From contig OZ024755.1 in assembly GCA_964016885.1 (NCBI GenBank), positions 3,720,001-3,784,000 on the forward strand: a stretch of 64,000 bases of DNA, in the 5' to 3' direction. How positions within the stretch are numbered: position 1 is the first letter of the stretch; every line of letters begins with the position of its first letter. The DNA comes from Eledone cirrhosa. Its lineage: Eukaryota. Both the position numbers and the translations under genes were made by a program. Of the stretch, positions 44,755 through 58,719 are shown in pieces. The notes beneath the pieces are model-generated. The model was not told where the DNA came from. It worked only from the letters and a program-made list of their open reading frames with translations, and made no database searches.

Positions 44755-45077
44755 GATAACAAGTTATCCTTTTAGGTAATCCAGTTAGAGGTTGTGAGTA
44801 CTCTGTACTGTGGATAGTTTTAACGCACGGCGTTGTTTGACTCAACAAGCGGTTTCCTTAGTTAGGTAGCGGGTTTACGAGAATTCTCATGCCATGTGTT
44901 AAACCCTCCAGTATTCCAATGATTTGATCAGAGACACACACTGTATTTAAGGTCGAGTGACGTAACTTTGAGTGATCAGCGGCCTTTAGACTCACCTGAT
45001 CAATGAAACAATTGTTAATACTGTAAATAAAACCCTTTTTGTACAACTCGAAGTTGCGTCACTCGACCTTAAATACA
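44752..45077 (-). mobile_element. Element with a ~32-bp inverted end between TA tracts (possible Penelope-like remnant)
   Basis: TGTATTTAAGGTCGAGTGACGTAACTTTGAGT (44942) and ACTCGAAGTTGCGTCACTCGACCTTAAATACA (to 45077). Contains the GAGTACTCT motif. Confidence 0.5.
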
Positions 45078-45902
45078 TATATTTTATATATATATAATCC
45101 TTATCGAGCCTTCTTCAGATTTTAATCTTCACGTTTATTACTATATATATACGTGTGTGTTTGTGTGTATGTGTTGTTTCTAGCAGGTCCTGTGACCCCT
45201 TAGTTGTTCCCTAAGTTGTCCTTACTACTGTTCCTGCTATATAAATCCACACTGAATGACTTTAGTTGAAGGAATAACAAGACAAACACAGACATGCCAA
45301 AACATACAAAGTCTTATTAGCTTCACTGTTTTTCCACACTTACGTGAGCAACCTGATATTCACACCTGGATATCTACCTCACACCTTAGAACTCTTCACC
45401 CATGGATTACCCACGGATTAACAGTTTTCGAATTGCTAGACCTTTCAATGTCTTTACCAGTTTCAGTTTTCTCCTATCAGTTACTTAGCTGCTTTGCTAA
45501 GTTGTTCTTCGTTAGATACATCAAGAGATTATTATCACCTCTCCATTACATCTAAACGTCTTCTTTATGTTTTAATATTCTCGAGTTAATTGAGTTTCTC
45601 GTTATTTTCCATCATATCTCTGATATTTATTTCAGGAAGGGGTGGGGGTATAGGGTGAGATGGAGGTTCTTAATGCAAGCTTAACATCAGCATGACGAAT
45701 TGAGGTATAACATTAAATTACTTTCTATAGATCGATAGCAATAAGATGTTTCCAGCTAATGGATAGACAAAATCTGAAATCTATTTCAGGAAATTTTATT
45801 TACCATTTTATAAAATAACAGTTTCCTCTTTACCTGAATTTCATCAAGAAACTTAACTATTTCAGTGGCGTAATGTTCCTGGGGTTATTATTACAGTTAT
45901 CT

Positions 45903-46095
45903 AGGGTGGTGCATTGGCAGTGTCGATAGAGCGTCAGACACCATGGTTTACAGCAAAGAGTTACGGCCCTTTATGTTCTGAGTAAAATCCCGCCGTGGTT
46001 AACTTTGCCTTTCATCCTTACGGGGTCGATAAAATAAAACACCAGTAATGCACTGGGGTAATTGCTGGCCTTGTGCCAAAAGTAGAAGCAATTAT
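45903..46095 (+). mobile_element. SINE A
   Basis: Family consensus. Confidence 0.9.
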
Positions 46096-46510
46096 ATATT
46101 TTGAGAACAATACCTTAACATTAGTATGAGTGGTCAGTTACAATCAATTTGAACAGAAAAAAAGTGAGATAATTCTGGCCAGATATGGCCTGTTTAAATT
46201 CCAGAAAGTTTAAACTTACTCAGTTGGTTTATTTCTTGCGGACATAGAATGAACTCATGAAGAGATTCGAAGTAAATAGAAAGCTGTTGATAAGAATCAG
46301 ATTGAGAAGATAGATCGATAATTAAATTAAAAGATATACGATGATTAGACGACAGCTTTCACTTGTTATTGGTTGTCTCTCATTTCTAAACTTACCTCTT
46401 GGCTCTCATTAAAATTAATAATATTATTTCTTATCAATTCTTGATGATAATAATTTCTAAGATTGATCGTTGTCAAGATCGATACCAACGGCATCTTGAT
46501 AACACACACA

Positions 46511-46613
<103 letters not shown>

Positions 46614-46687
46614 TTCGTTTCTGAATTTGTTTAGCAAGGTTCTTTATCTGATATATATATATATACACATACATATATATATACATA

Positions 46688-46842
46688 TTGAAATATGTAT
46701 AATAAAAAAATATGGTTTTATAAATATAGTTTCCATTTATTAATATATTGTATATTTACTCCACTAAACTGTTGAGTGCTTTATATCAGTTATAAACATT
46801 TTAAAGCTTGTTGAATCCCAACAAATTAAATATAACCCCTGC
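46688..46842 (+). mobile_element. H2 copy, 5' truncated at GAAA
   Basis: TTGAAATATGTATAATAAAA..GTTGAGTGCT..CAACAAATTAAAT, between TA-rich tracts. Confidence 0.65.
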
Positions 46843-46942
46843 ATATATATATGTATGTATAATATATACTTTCACACATACAGTTATACACACACTTACA
46901 CACACATATATATATGTAGGGCGGTGGATTGGCAGTATCAGG

Positions 46943-46993
46943 TCCATTACGCGCTGAAGATCCGTTAAGGTGAAACAATTGTTCTCGGTATGG
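46943..46993 (+). ncRNA. Minimal hammerhead motif, a different family
   Basis: CTGAAGA TCCGTTAAGGT GAAA CAATTG TT, with palindromic stem III and imperfect stem I (CCATTACGCG/CTCGGTATGG). An ~95-nt tail then (TA)n follows. Confidence 0.6.
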
Positions 46994-47150
46994 TGAACTA
47001 ACTGTTGTGCTACCACTTCTACCTAACTCGTCCCATGGACTGAGTGCTCTACCACTACAGATATTACCTTCCAGTGTTCTACCACTATATATATATATAT
47101 GAGTGTGTGTGTGTGTGTGTGTGTGTCTGTCTGTATATATATATAATATA

Positions 47151-47272
47151 AGATCAAAAGATGGTTAAAAGAGTTCCAAGTATTTTATTATGCGCATTTC
47201 AAAAACAAATATCATCTCATGATGATATTTTGATCGTATATTATATATATATATATTAACCATCTTTTGATC
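47151..47272 (-). mobile_element. Sister copy of the 52411-52508 hammerhead element, with short inverted end
   Basis: Shares AGATCAAAAGATGGTTAAAAGAGTTCC..TGCGCA with 52411. The right end TTAACCATCTTTTGATCT inverts the left end. Confidence 0.65.
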
Positions 47273-47273
47273 T

Positions 47274-47352
<79 letters not shown>

Positions 47353-47446
47353 AGAGTTAAACAAGGTTCAATGAATACATCAAAACATACACTACCTTGA
47401 TTGAATCTTAACCATCTACTATGTCAGGGTATGTCATGTATCATTT

Positions 47447-47513
47447 TATTTTATCTGATGAGGACGTACTGTTGAACTTAACTCAGTACCTCTGAAATAT
47501 GTATAATAAAATA
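47447..47513 (+). ncRNA. Minimal type I hammerhead ribozyme motif, near intact
   Basis: Stem I TATTTTAT/ATAAAATA; CTGATGA 47455-47461; stem II GGACGTACTG/CAGTACCTCT with one mismatch; GAAA 47494-47497; tiny stem III; predicted cut after 47505. Confidence 0.7.
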
Positions 47514-47568
47514 TAATTGATCACAAGAATATCTATTTTGTTAATATTTTGAATATATATATATATAT

Positions 47569-47757
47569 AACGAAGGAAATGTGGTAAGGAACCAGGAGGA
47601 CCATAACTCACCAAAGTACTCAATACTTAGGGTAGTAGAGTGGGTAATAGGAACGAGTAGGACCCCGACGGCTGAGCTCAAGCCGTTTCGACGGCTAATT
47701 CAGTCCAGAATTAGCCGTCGAAACGGCTTGAGCTCAGCCGTCGGGATCCTACTCGTT

Positions 47758-47760
<3 letters not shown>
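47569..47760 (-). mobile_element. H1 copy
   Basis: AGGAACGAGTAGGA..TCCTACTCGTTCCT arms, reverse tail, (TA)n flanks. Confidence 0.8.
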
Positions 47761-47796
<36 letters not shown>

Positions 47797-48403
47797 CCCT
47801 TCTAATTATATCTAAAATTATACTTGTGGTCGCACTGATGATGACGATGATGATTACCAATGAATTAAGGACTTCAAGTGCAGGAGATATACATATATGA
47901 TATTGTCGTTTCGTTCATGCCTTTCCCAAAGATATCTGCACGGAGTAAGATAAATGAAATAAGATAGATATAGAGGAAAATCGAAACCGGAACGTAATGG
48001 TCGCCTATCTTTTACACGACAGTGCTAAACATTTGGAGGTATATCATTTTAAGTAAATAAATATGAATTATTGATTCACAGGGATGTAAGATAAGAATTT
48101 TGATAGAACATTTGCAAACATACTCTTATACTATATACTGTTTCAGCATGGTGTTTAGTATGTTTATGTGTTCAGTATGTTTATATGTGTTCAGTATGTT
48201 TATATGTTTATTTGCTAATGCCATAGATACGTTTTAATATTAGTTATTTTTGCCCAATTTTTCCCCCTTTGCATATATTTTTTCCAATCAAACATTACGT
48301 TTCTATATCATTCATTTTATTTTCACAGTATGTTTATCAAGTTTCTGTTAAGGCTTGTATATATATATATATGTGTGTGTGTGTATATGTGTGTGTGTAT
48401 ACA

Positions 48404-48434
<31 letters not shown>

Positions 48435-48471
48435 GTGTGCGTGTGTATATATATACATACACACACACACG

Positions 48472-48524
<53 letters not shown>

Positions 48525-49049
48525 TTACAGTTCTATCTTTCAATAGCATATTTCTATTGGTGAAATATTCTTCGTGTCTGTTGGATATATAGGATTATCA
48601 AAATCTCAACACGTATTATTTAATCCGCACTTTGCACAAAATCTGCCGCCGGCTTACACGTTCGGAGGTTCAGATTTTTACAATTTCTTGGGAAGGAAAC
48701 AGGCTTTCTGTTTGTACATTATGCTTAGAATTTTCTTTTATTTTCCATTTAAATTTACTAAAAGGTATATTTCCGATCACTTTGTCTTATATTGAAATGA
48801 TGCGACGTCAGTGGTATTCAGTATCATTTTTGTGGGATCGTTAATGCCCTTTGGAGTAACGTAAACTATCTTTTCTTTCTCTGACGAATTGTTGAGATAA
48901 ATAGGAAGAGAGAAAGAGAGTGAGAGAGAGAGGAAAGAGAGAGAGGAAGGGATGAAAAGGGTAAGGAAAGATAGGGAGATAGATCGATAGAAAGAAAGAG
49001 AGAGGGAGAGAAAGCAAGAAAGAGGGAGGGAGGGAGAGAGAGAGAGAGA

Positions 49050-49120
<71 letters not shown>

Positions 49121-49245
49121 ACAATATGTTTAATCTTTTTTGAAGTTACAAGTTCCTTATATTGTCTTATAATAATGTATATAATGTATAATAATGTATA
49201 AAATGTATAATAATGTATATAATGTATAATAATGTATATAATGTA

Positions 49246-50097
49246 TAATTGTTTCTACTTTTGGCACAAGGCCAGCAATTATCCAGTGCATTACTGGTAC
49301 TTTATTTTATCGACCCCGTAAGGATGAAAGGCAAAGTTAACCTCGGCGGGATTTGAACTCAAACCATAAAGGGGCGTATGTATAATAATGTATATAATGT
49401 ATAATAATGTATATAATGTATAATAATGTATATAATGTATATAATGTATAATAATGTATAAAATATATCTAATGTATAACATGGTTTCTGGTTTCTGCAC
49501 AAGGCCAACAATTTCGGAGGACAATAAAGTCAATTAAATCGACCCCAGTGCATTACTGGTACTTTATTTTATCGACCCCGATAGAATAAAAGATAAAGCT
49601 AACCTCGGCGGGATTTGAACTCAGAACGTAAAGAGACATAACTATATGTTGCAAAGCATGTTATCCGATGCTCTACTGATACAGGTATAACATATACTGT
49701 ATTTCCCGGCGCCGAAGACGCTTCGTCCTCGAGGATGCACCCTAATTTTGACAACCAAAAATTTGAAAGAAAAAAAATAATAAACAACCTTCGGCCTCCA
49801 GGACGCATGGTAGATTTTTGAGACTTATTTTAGGAAAAAAGTAGCGTCTTCGACGCCGGGAAATGCAGTATATAATGTTTATAACGTATATATTGTATAT
49901 AATGTATAACTGTTTCTACTTTTGGCACAAGGCCAGCAATTACCCCAGTGCATTACTGGTACATTATTTTATCGACCCCGTAAGGATGAAAGGCAAAGTA
50001 AACCTCGGCGGGATTTGAACTCAGAATGGCAAGGACCGTAACTCTATGCGTAAAGCATGGCGTCCGACCCTCTACCGATACTGCTAATTCACCACCT
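49246..50097 (-). mobile_element. Three SINE A copies (49246-49375, 49480-49680 long tail, 49908-50097) in a TATAATG-type repeat
   Basis: Family consensus. Confidence 0.85.
49697..49868. mobile_element. Tc1/mariner-superfamily MITE
   Basis: 26-bp TIR CTGTATTTCCCGGCGCCGAAGACGCT, TA TSD. Confidence 0.85.
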
Positions 50098-50589
50098 TAA
50101 ATAATGTATAACATGTGTATAACATATATAATATATATTCTTCATTTTTCTACCGAACATAGTCAACATTCTGCTATTATATCATTTTCGCTAGATTTAA
50201 TTTTGAATAAATAAATCATTGCCAAAAATTAACCAAACGATAAACAAAACGACTCTTACATAAAATTATGATAATATTCTCATCAAATTGTTCTTCTCCA
50301 TTATACACACATCAACTAAATATGAAGATTTGAGGTCTCATATTTTATCTCTAAATATTATTTCTATTGTCATATATGACTGCTCTAGCTGTTACGGAGC
50401 CTGTCAAATAAAAGCTGGCAGCTTCAGTTGGGTTGTCATGGATTATTCTAGAATGAATACAAGTTCATAAAATGCGCCATATTGTCATGTGTCGCAACCA
50501 TACAAGTACATTGACAATCACAGAATAATACATTACACAGAAGAATGTTTTTAAAAGCTCTGCTGTTTCTTCTGAAATTTTCGGATGAT

Positions 50590-50768
50590 TTATGTTGTTA
50601 TGTTGTGTTATGTTATGTTATGTTATGTTATGTTATGTTATGTTATGTTATGTTATGTTATGTTATGTTATGTTATGTTATGTTGTGTTGTGTTGTGTTG
50701 TGTTGTGTTGTATTGTGTTATGTTATGTTATGTTATGTTATGTTATGTTATGTTATGTTATGTTATGT
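50590..50768. repeat. (TTATG)n pentanucleotide repeat
   Basis: Seen directly. Confidence 0.95.
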
Positions 50769-50857
50769 GAAATTCATAATGTAAAGCCGATAAATATTTA
50801 AATATCTTTTAAACTTTTAAAGCTTCAGAAAAGCGATTTGAAGTCTTCTTCTTCTTC

Positions 50858-50951
<94 letters not shown>

Positions 50952-50966
50952 TAGATAGACAGATAG

Positions 50967-50998
<32 letters not shown>

Positions 50999-51445
50999 AG
51001 CCACGAGTACAGTCAGAAGCAACTGTTTATATATAAGATGCCCCCCCCCCCCTCCAAAAAAATATATACACACTTCAACAGCATTCTAATAAATATTACC
51101 TGTACAGGTAATCAAAGTGCGTATATATTTTTTGGGGACACCCTGTATATGTCCATCAGTTGATTGTCATGACCTGAAGATGAAGGAATAGGTAAGAGAA
51201 TAAATACGTACTTTTAAGTGTCCCCTTCACTACATTAACTACGGTTATGACCACAGTCGGTATTGCCGTCAATGTAGACAACAGGCAATAAGCTCTATCT
51301 CTATATTTATATTTAGTTAACTCTCGTATCATTGAGAGGTGATTGTTTTTTAAGTCTTCCGGTTAGGAATCAGTTTATGTACGCCAGATTAATTCTATCA
51401 GATTTTAATATCTTGTTAACGTCGATAACTCCATAACTCTAAACA

Positions 51446-51983
<538 letters not shown>

Positions 51984-52252
51984 AAAAGAGGAATGAAATA
52001 ATCCTGTGAAAGGAAGCCATTTTATTTTCCTATCTCAGTAAGAATAAATATGATGTATCAAATTGAAGATCTTATTAAGTTTATTCGATTTATAGTTCTC
52101 GTTTACATAAATTTCTTATTTACTTACAGCTTGTCTTTGAAAATTAGTTATATTTCAGTGTTTATCCATCTCAACAATTTCTGTTTCCTTTCTCTAGCTA
52201 TTGCTTTACTCCTAATAGACTCTAATCAAGCTTTCAAATATTTCTATGACAA

Positions 52253-52306
<54 letters not shown>

Positions 52307-52313
52307 ATGTGTG

Positions 52314-52368
<55 letters not shown>

Positions 52369-52440
52369 GTGTGTATGTGTGTGTGTATATATATATATAT
52401 ATATAATATAAGATCAAAAGATGGTTAAAAGAGTTCCATG

Positions 52441-52611
<171 letters not shown>

Positions 52612-52717
52612 AGCCTTATCAAGCAGCTAAACCCATTTGTTTGTTGGTAGTACATAATCAGTTTTAGCTATCATAAGCCTCATATCTCTTGAAAAGGTCG
52701 TAACATATGTAGCAAAT

Positions 52718-52836
52718 AATGGTTTCTTATTTAAGCACAAGGCCAGCAATTTTTGGGGAGAGGAGAATGTCGATTAGATTGACCCCAGTTCGTAACTGGT
52801 ACTTTATTTTATCGACCCCGTAAGGATGAAAGGCAA
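52718..52836 (-). mobile_element. SINE A long-tail fragment
   Basis: Tail with GTCGATTAGATTGAC hairpin. Confidence 0.8.
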
Positions 52837-53289
52837 GTAAATAATGTACTAATTATAGACACGTATATGTGGTATGGTCATATACGGTAATATAAAAAGA
52901 TCAACTGTGGTGTGAATAGGTTATGTCTGGAAGGAAGGAGGGCTAGTAAGAGAAGCAGAGGCCGGCAGCCAAAATGATGGCTTGATAATGTCAACCTATG
53001 GACTGGACTTGATCTTTGCTTTTTAAACTCTGCTGTTGGTGATCGAACTTTGTGGAGAAAAATATCTCATGTTCATGCGCAGTCTGCAACTGGGAGAGTT
53101 TAGCGTCAAAGTAGTATATATGATCCCGTCACTCCTGAGGGAGTCGTATTGACATACAGTATTTCTAGGGCATTTTGTTTTTTTAAACCTGGCAGAGCCC
53201 ATCTCTTCTCCAGGTTTGAATATTTGGGACCCGAGAGTATAAGGACAGACAAAGTTAATTCCGGAAAGTAACAGTACCGGTTTCTGGAA

Positions 53290-53472
53290 ATAATTGTTTC
53301 TGCTTTTGGCACAAGGCCAGCAATCACCCAGTGCATTACTGGTACTTTATTTTATCGATCCCGTAAGGATGAAAGGCAAAGTTAACCTCGGCGGGATTTG
53401 AACTCAGAATGGCAAGGGCCGTAACTCTATGCTAGAAAGCATGGTGTCCAACCCTCTACCGATATTGCCAAT
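53290..53472 (-). mobile_element. SINE A
   Basis: Family consensus. Confidence 0.9.
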
Positions 53473-54008
53473 TAGGGTTTTACACAGAAGAATACGTTCA
53501 CCTTGAACATGTTTTATAAACATCCACGAGAATCTAATTTGTTTTTGGATTTCTGAAACTATGAAAAAAATATAAGAAAAATAAATACTAAATAAAGATT
53601 TCTGAGGTAATTGAAACAAATGAATTGAAGTGGAAATTGAATAAATCTGGCAGAAGATATGTTACAATGTATTGTAGAGAATGTGAAACCTCACCCAGAT
53701 AATGTTTTAATTTGTAGTTGTGTTATATTTATTAAAAATGTCTGAAAAATCAATACGTGTAAATAAAAGTCTACTCGGCTTTTTAATGAAATTTTCAACA
53801 AATCTTCAAAAAATATTATTTTTCTTGATGGTGTAGGTGTTTATTTTTAAAAGTAATTTTCATCTGTTTACATCTAATAAAATTTATCATTTTTCTATTT
53901 AATATTTCATTTTGTCTTCACGTCTTCTTCAGGCTACATACACCAATCTCGTTCGTTACCTGTATTACGTCATTAATCCCATGAGAGTCTGCAATGTTTT
54001 CCTTCCAA

Positions 54009-54620
54009 ATAATGGTTTCTTATATAGGCACAAAGCCAGCAATTTTTGGGGGAAGGAACAAAGTCGATTAGATCGACCCCAGTACATTACTGGTACTTTA
54101 TTTTATCGACTCCGTAAGGATGAAAGGCAAAGTTAACCTCGGCGGATTTGAACTCCCAAATAGTAATAATTGCTTCTACTTTTGGCACAAGGCCAGCAAT
54201 TACCCAGTGCATTACTGGTACTTTATTTTATCGACCCCGTAAGGGCGAAAGGCAAAGTTAACCTGGGCGGGATTTGAACTCAGAATGGCAAGGGCCGTAA
54301 CTTTATGCGTCAAAGCATGGTGTCCAACCCTCTACCGATACTGCCAATCCACCGCCCAAATAGTAACAATAATATACATGATAAATCTCACCCAAACAAT
54401 ATTTGCATTGCTTAGTTGTTGTTGTTATTGTTGCTGGATTGGCAGTATCGGTAGAGGGTCGGACGCCATGCTTGCAGCAAAGAGTTACGGCCCTTTATGG
54501 TCTAGGTTCAAATCCCGCCGAGGTTAACTTTGCTTTTCATCCTTACGGGGTCGATAAAATAAAGTACCAGTAATACACTGGGATAATTGCTGGCCTTGTG
54601 CCAAAAGTAGAAACAGTTAT
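54009..54620. mobile_element. SINE A cluster: 54009-54155(-), 54166-54357(-), 54436-54620(+)
   Basis: Family consensus. Confidence 0.9.
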
Positions 54621-55064
54621 TGTTGCTGATGTTTGTGCTGTTGTTGCTGTTGTTATTGTTGTCGTCGTTAGTGGTGGAGGTGGAGGTAGTGGTTAACATT
54701 CACTAAACAGACTGATAATAAAAGGCCTCCCAGCCGAGATCACACAATCTTCTTAGTCTCATCATACATTACTATTCAATACATTTTTTTTTGTTTTCAT
54801 ATTAAAGACGATATGGAGCAATGAATGGGAGATTTGGCTGCTATTTCTAGCATAATGAGTGACAGTACGCACACTTGCTCGATGACTTGTAGAGTTCATT
54901 GAAGAGGTTATCAGTCCAAGGAGACATTGCCTTCTGGAGTTGTTGAAGACAATCGGATTTGCTTCATGACAGCCGCCTGTCCGTAGTGTAGATTAGTCAA
55001 TCAATACATACGTTTCAGAATTTTATTTTAGACCAAACAAACTTGTAGTCATGTTAATAATGAT

Positions 55065-55097
<33 letters not shown>

Positions 55098-55444
55098 TAA
55101 GTAGATCCTGACAAAAGCACACCCAGACAATAACTTGCACACACACACACCACACACATACACACTTCACCAACTACACAAGCTTCATTCAATTAGATAA
55201 AGGCAATCAATTTTACTTTAATCATCTCTAACGGACAGCTGTCGGTTTCCTGACCTAACTTCAGTTATCTTTTAATATGCTTTATACCCAGCAAGTTGTT
55301 CTGGTAAATATGACACATCACACACATTTCAGGCCGTCACATCACTTCAAATAAACTTATATAGAGAGCGGTAGATAAATGAACATATAACAAGCCGTCA
55401 CCAGATGAATACATTAAAACACAACAACAGCAACATAAACATTA

Positions 55445-56303
55445 TAATGGTTTCTGATGTAGACACAAGGCCAAACATTTGAAGGGGAGGGTAAACGCTG
55501 ATTAAATCTACCCCGTGTCTTACTGGTACTTTATTTTATCGACCCCCGTAAGGATGAAGGGCAAGCAAATAATTGTTTCTGTCTTTGGCACAATGCCAGC
55601 AATTATCCCAGTGTATTACTGGTACTTTATTTTATCGACCCCGTAAGGATGAAAGGCAAAGTTAACCTCGGCGGGATTTGAACTCAGACCATAAAGGGCC
55701 GTAAACATTATAATGGTCTCTGATGTAGGCACAAGGCCAACCATTTGGAGGGGAGGAGAAACGTTGATTAAATCGTCCCCAGTGCATTACTGGTACTTTA
55801 TTTTATCGACCCCGTAAGGACGAAAGGCAAATTTAACCTCGGCGGGATTTGAACTCAGAACATAAAGGGCCGTAACTCCATGTTGCAAAGCATAGCGTCC
55901 GACCTTCTACCGATACTGCCAACCCACCAATAAATAATTATATAATAATATAAGAAAAGATTGTGGATTCGTCTCGTCTCGAACTCAGCCCCACTTCATG
56001 ATATCCGAAAACAGCAACATTCATTATATTATAATTAAAGTATAATTATATTATAAATAAAGTACCAGTAATGTACTGGGTAATTGCTGGCCTTGTGCCT
56101 AAAAATAGAAACACTTATTATTATATTGGATTGGCAGTATCGGTAGAGGGTCGGACGTCATGTTTTGCAGCAAACAAAACTTATGGCCTGAGTTCAAATC
56201 CCGCCGAGGTTAACTTTGCCTTTCATCCTTATGGGGTCGATAAAATAAAGTACCAGTAATGCACCGGATAATTGCTGGCCTTGTGCCAAATTTAGAAACA
56301 ATT
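55445..56303. mobile_element. SINE A cluster: three minus copies (55445-55928) and two plus copies (56053-56303)
   Basis: Family consensus. AAACATTATAATGGT is repeated at 55437 and 55703. Confidence 0.9.
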
Positions 56304-56435
56304 ATAATTATATTGATTTAAAAAGAAATATCGAGGCAGAATGTTTCAAATTGATAACTCAGAGAATTAGGATTGTCTAGTGTACGAGCCCTTTACAATA
56401 TAAACCAGGTGAGGGTAAGATCAGATTGTGACCAC

Positions 56436-56637
56436 CAGTGCTGAATTTAGGACAAATGAGGCCCTGTGCTAGTTAAGTTATGAGGCCCCTTTGAACGTTT
56501 GACATTTGAAAAACATTTGAAAAATTCATCGTAAAAATCTTTTTGGCAAGAAGATGGTCTCCCTCTCTCCAGCCCAACGGGTCCCTGTGCCTAAGCACAC
56601 CTAAGCACACCTAAGCACACTGGTAAATCTGGCACCG
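56436..56637. mobile_element. hAT-type MITE
   Basis: TIR CAGTGCTGAATTTA / TAAATCTGGCACCG, TSD GTGACCAC/GTGGCCAC, subterminal CTAAGCACAC x3. Confidence 0.75.
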
Positions 56638-57325
56638 GTGGCCACATTACCACAGTAGTTTGTGTGTGCTGTAAATTGTCAATCATATTTAACCATTCAG
56701 TGCGTGAGGGAAGGAAATTAGACAGTGCACGGAAGAAAATGAAACAGAGACACTCAAAACTGAACTTCATTAATTCCCGAAAGGCAACCCGACACGGAGC
56801 CGAACTGTGTTAGTTAGTTAAAAAGTCATTAACGCTTCCCAAACGATGCCTTAAAAGGAAATGGTGTTTACGTGGAACATTATTGGTTGTTATTAACATT
56901 GTTTTAATTTGAAATTGTCTGAAATTTTATAAAAGGTTTAAAACTAATTTTTTTAGAAGCTAATGGCTGTTATTCCCGACAGGATTTTGTTGTCACTATA
57001 CTTCAGAATAAACAAGATTTGGCGAGACTAATTCCTCACAAGATCAACATTTCATTTAATTAACAATGCTATCGGTTTACAGAATTTGTAGCTAGGAGAC
57101 TACACTATCTAATGTGTCGGTAAAAATACAAAAGAGATTTAGATAATGTTTCTAGCAGGTCGAATGTCCCTGTCGGTTTGTGGGTGTTTCTTTCTTTCAT
57201 CTGGTACCACATGGAAGTAAGAACATTGCCAAGTTCCTGCTGATTGTTATTGTTACTATTGCATCTCTGTTATTAGGGATCTCATGATTCTTATAGTAAA
57301 AAAACAAACGAAAGATCCCACATTG

Positions 57326-57673
57326 GGAGGGTTAGCTGAAATGTTCTTAGGCTGACCAAGATATTCTCATGGAATGACCAAATGAGGTTTATTTTTTAAA
57401 CATAGTTTCTCGAAAGAAACAAGGCAGTTATTAATACGAAGAGTTGGAATTAATGTATGCAAGATTTCACAGCTCTAGCATCATTCCTTCATAGTCAGCC
57501 TATGACCAAGATATTCCCATGAAATGATCAAATGAGGTTTATTTTTCAACATAGTCCCTGGAAAGAAGCAATGCAGTTATTAATAAGAAGAGTTGAAATT
57601 AATGTAAGCAAGATTTCACAGCCCTAGCATCACTCCTTTATAATCAGCTTAGTAACTGTTCAGCCTACACTCG
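57326..57673 (-). mobile_element. Mariner-type MITE with internal ~150-bp duplication
   Basis: Reverse complement of the 17466 family; ends CTACACTCG|TA. Confidence 0.7.
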
Positions 57674-58327
57674 TAATACACGCTAGCAGAATACAAAAAT
57701 GAATATCACCCTTCTCCATGATTCATACTTTAGATAGGAGGGGTTGTTACTATAAATACTTTGATCTTATTTGTATTATCTGTGGCCTCATCCAGAGCCA
57801 AAAGAATACAGCCTCAAGTGGTTTAGTTAATGTTAATATTCCCATATTTACTATCGTGTCACTACATATGTTTCATATGGAATTAATATTTGATAAATGT
57901 TTCGATAACTTCTGTTGATATTTCCAGCTAACGTGTCATTTTCTTTTCACAATGTCCGCCGAACATTGTCTTCGAGATCCTATTTATGGTTGACTCAATA
58001 GCAAATGTCACATAATATCGTTTTTAATGTGAACATCGTGCAGATAATCTAAAGATAAAAATCTTGCCATTCAATGAAGCAAATGGTATAATAAAAGCCG
58101 GGAAATATGCCAAATTATGTATTGGATTTAACCGGTAGTGATGTTTCCTAACAATATTACTTTTTATATTTTTTTGCTCGCCTTATTTTTTCATTCTCTT
58201 TTAATGTGTTTTAAAATCCTGACAGTAAAACATTGCAAAATGATGCCAGGTTTTGTTGCATTTCTTACACTTTATACACATCCCCACTCATAAACAACAT
58301 ATCAATAATATATATATATATACAGTA

Positions 58328-58361
<34 letters not shown>

Positions 58362-58366
<5 letters not shown>

Positions 58367-58541
58367 GAGTCAGGACCCCGACGGCTGAGCTACGGCCGTT
58401 TCGACAGATAGATCTGTCGAAACGGCCGGAGCTCAGCCGTCGGGGTCCTGACTCTTTCCCCATTACCCACTCTACTACCCAAAGTATCGAGTACTCTGGT
58501 GCATTATGGTCCACCTGGTTTCTTACCACACCTTCTTTGTT
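58362..58541 (+). mobile_element. H1 copy
   Basis: GAGTCAGGACCCCGACGG.. inverted arms plus tail, (TA)n flanks. Confidence 0.8.
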
Positions 58542-58563
58542 ATATATATATATGAGTATTATT

Positions 58564-58693
58564 TGCCATTCATCCTTACGGGGTCGATAAATTATAGTAC
58601 CAGTAATGCTCTGGTGTCGATATAATCGACTTTCCCGTCCCCCCCCCAAAATTGCTGGCCTTGTGCCTCTATCAGAAACCATTATTATTAGTA
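58564..58693 (+). mobile_element. SINE A long-tail fragment
   Basis: Central domain plus GTCGATATAATCGAC hairpin and tail. Confidence 0.85.
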
Positions 58694-58719
58694 GCAGCAG
58701 TAGCAGTATTATTATTATT

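Noticed and set aside
51166-51250. CTGAAGA TGAAGG..CCTTCA with flanking GTCATGAC/GTTATGAC pairing
   Set aside because: The GAAA and cleavage triplet are absent, so it is too decayed to call.
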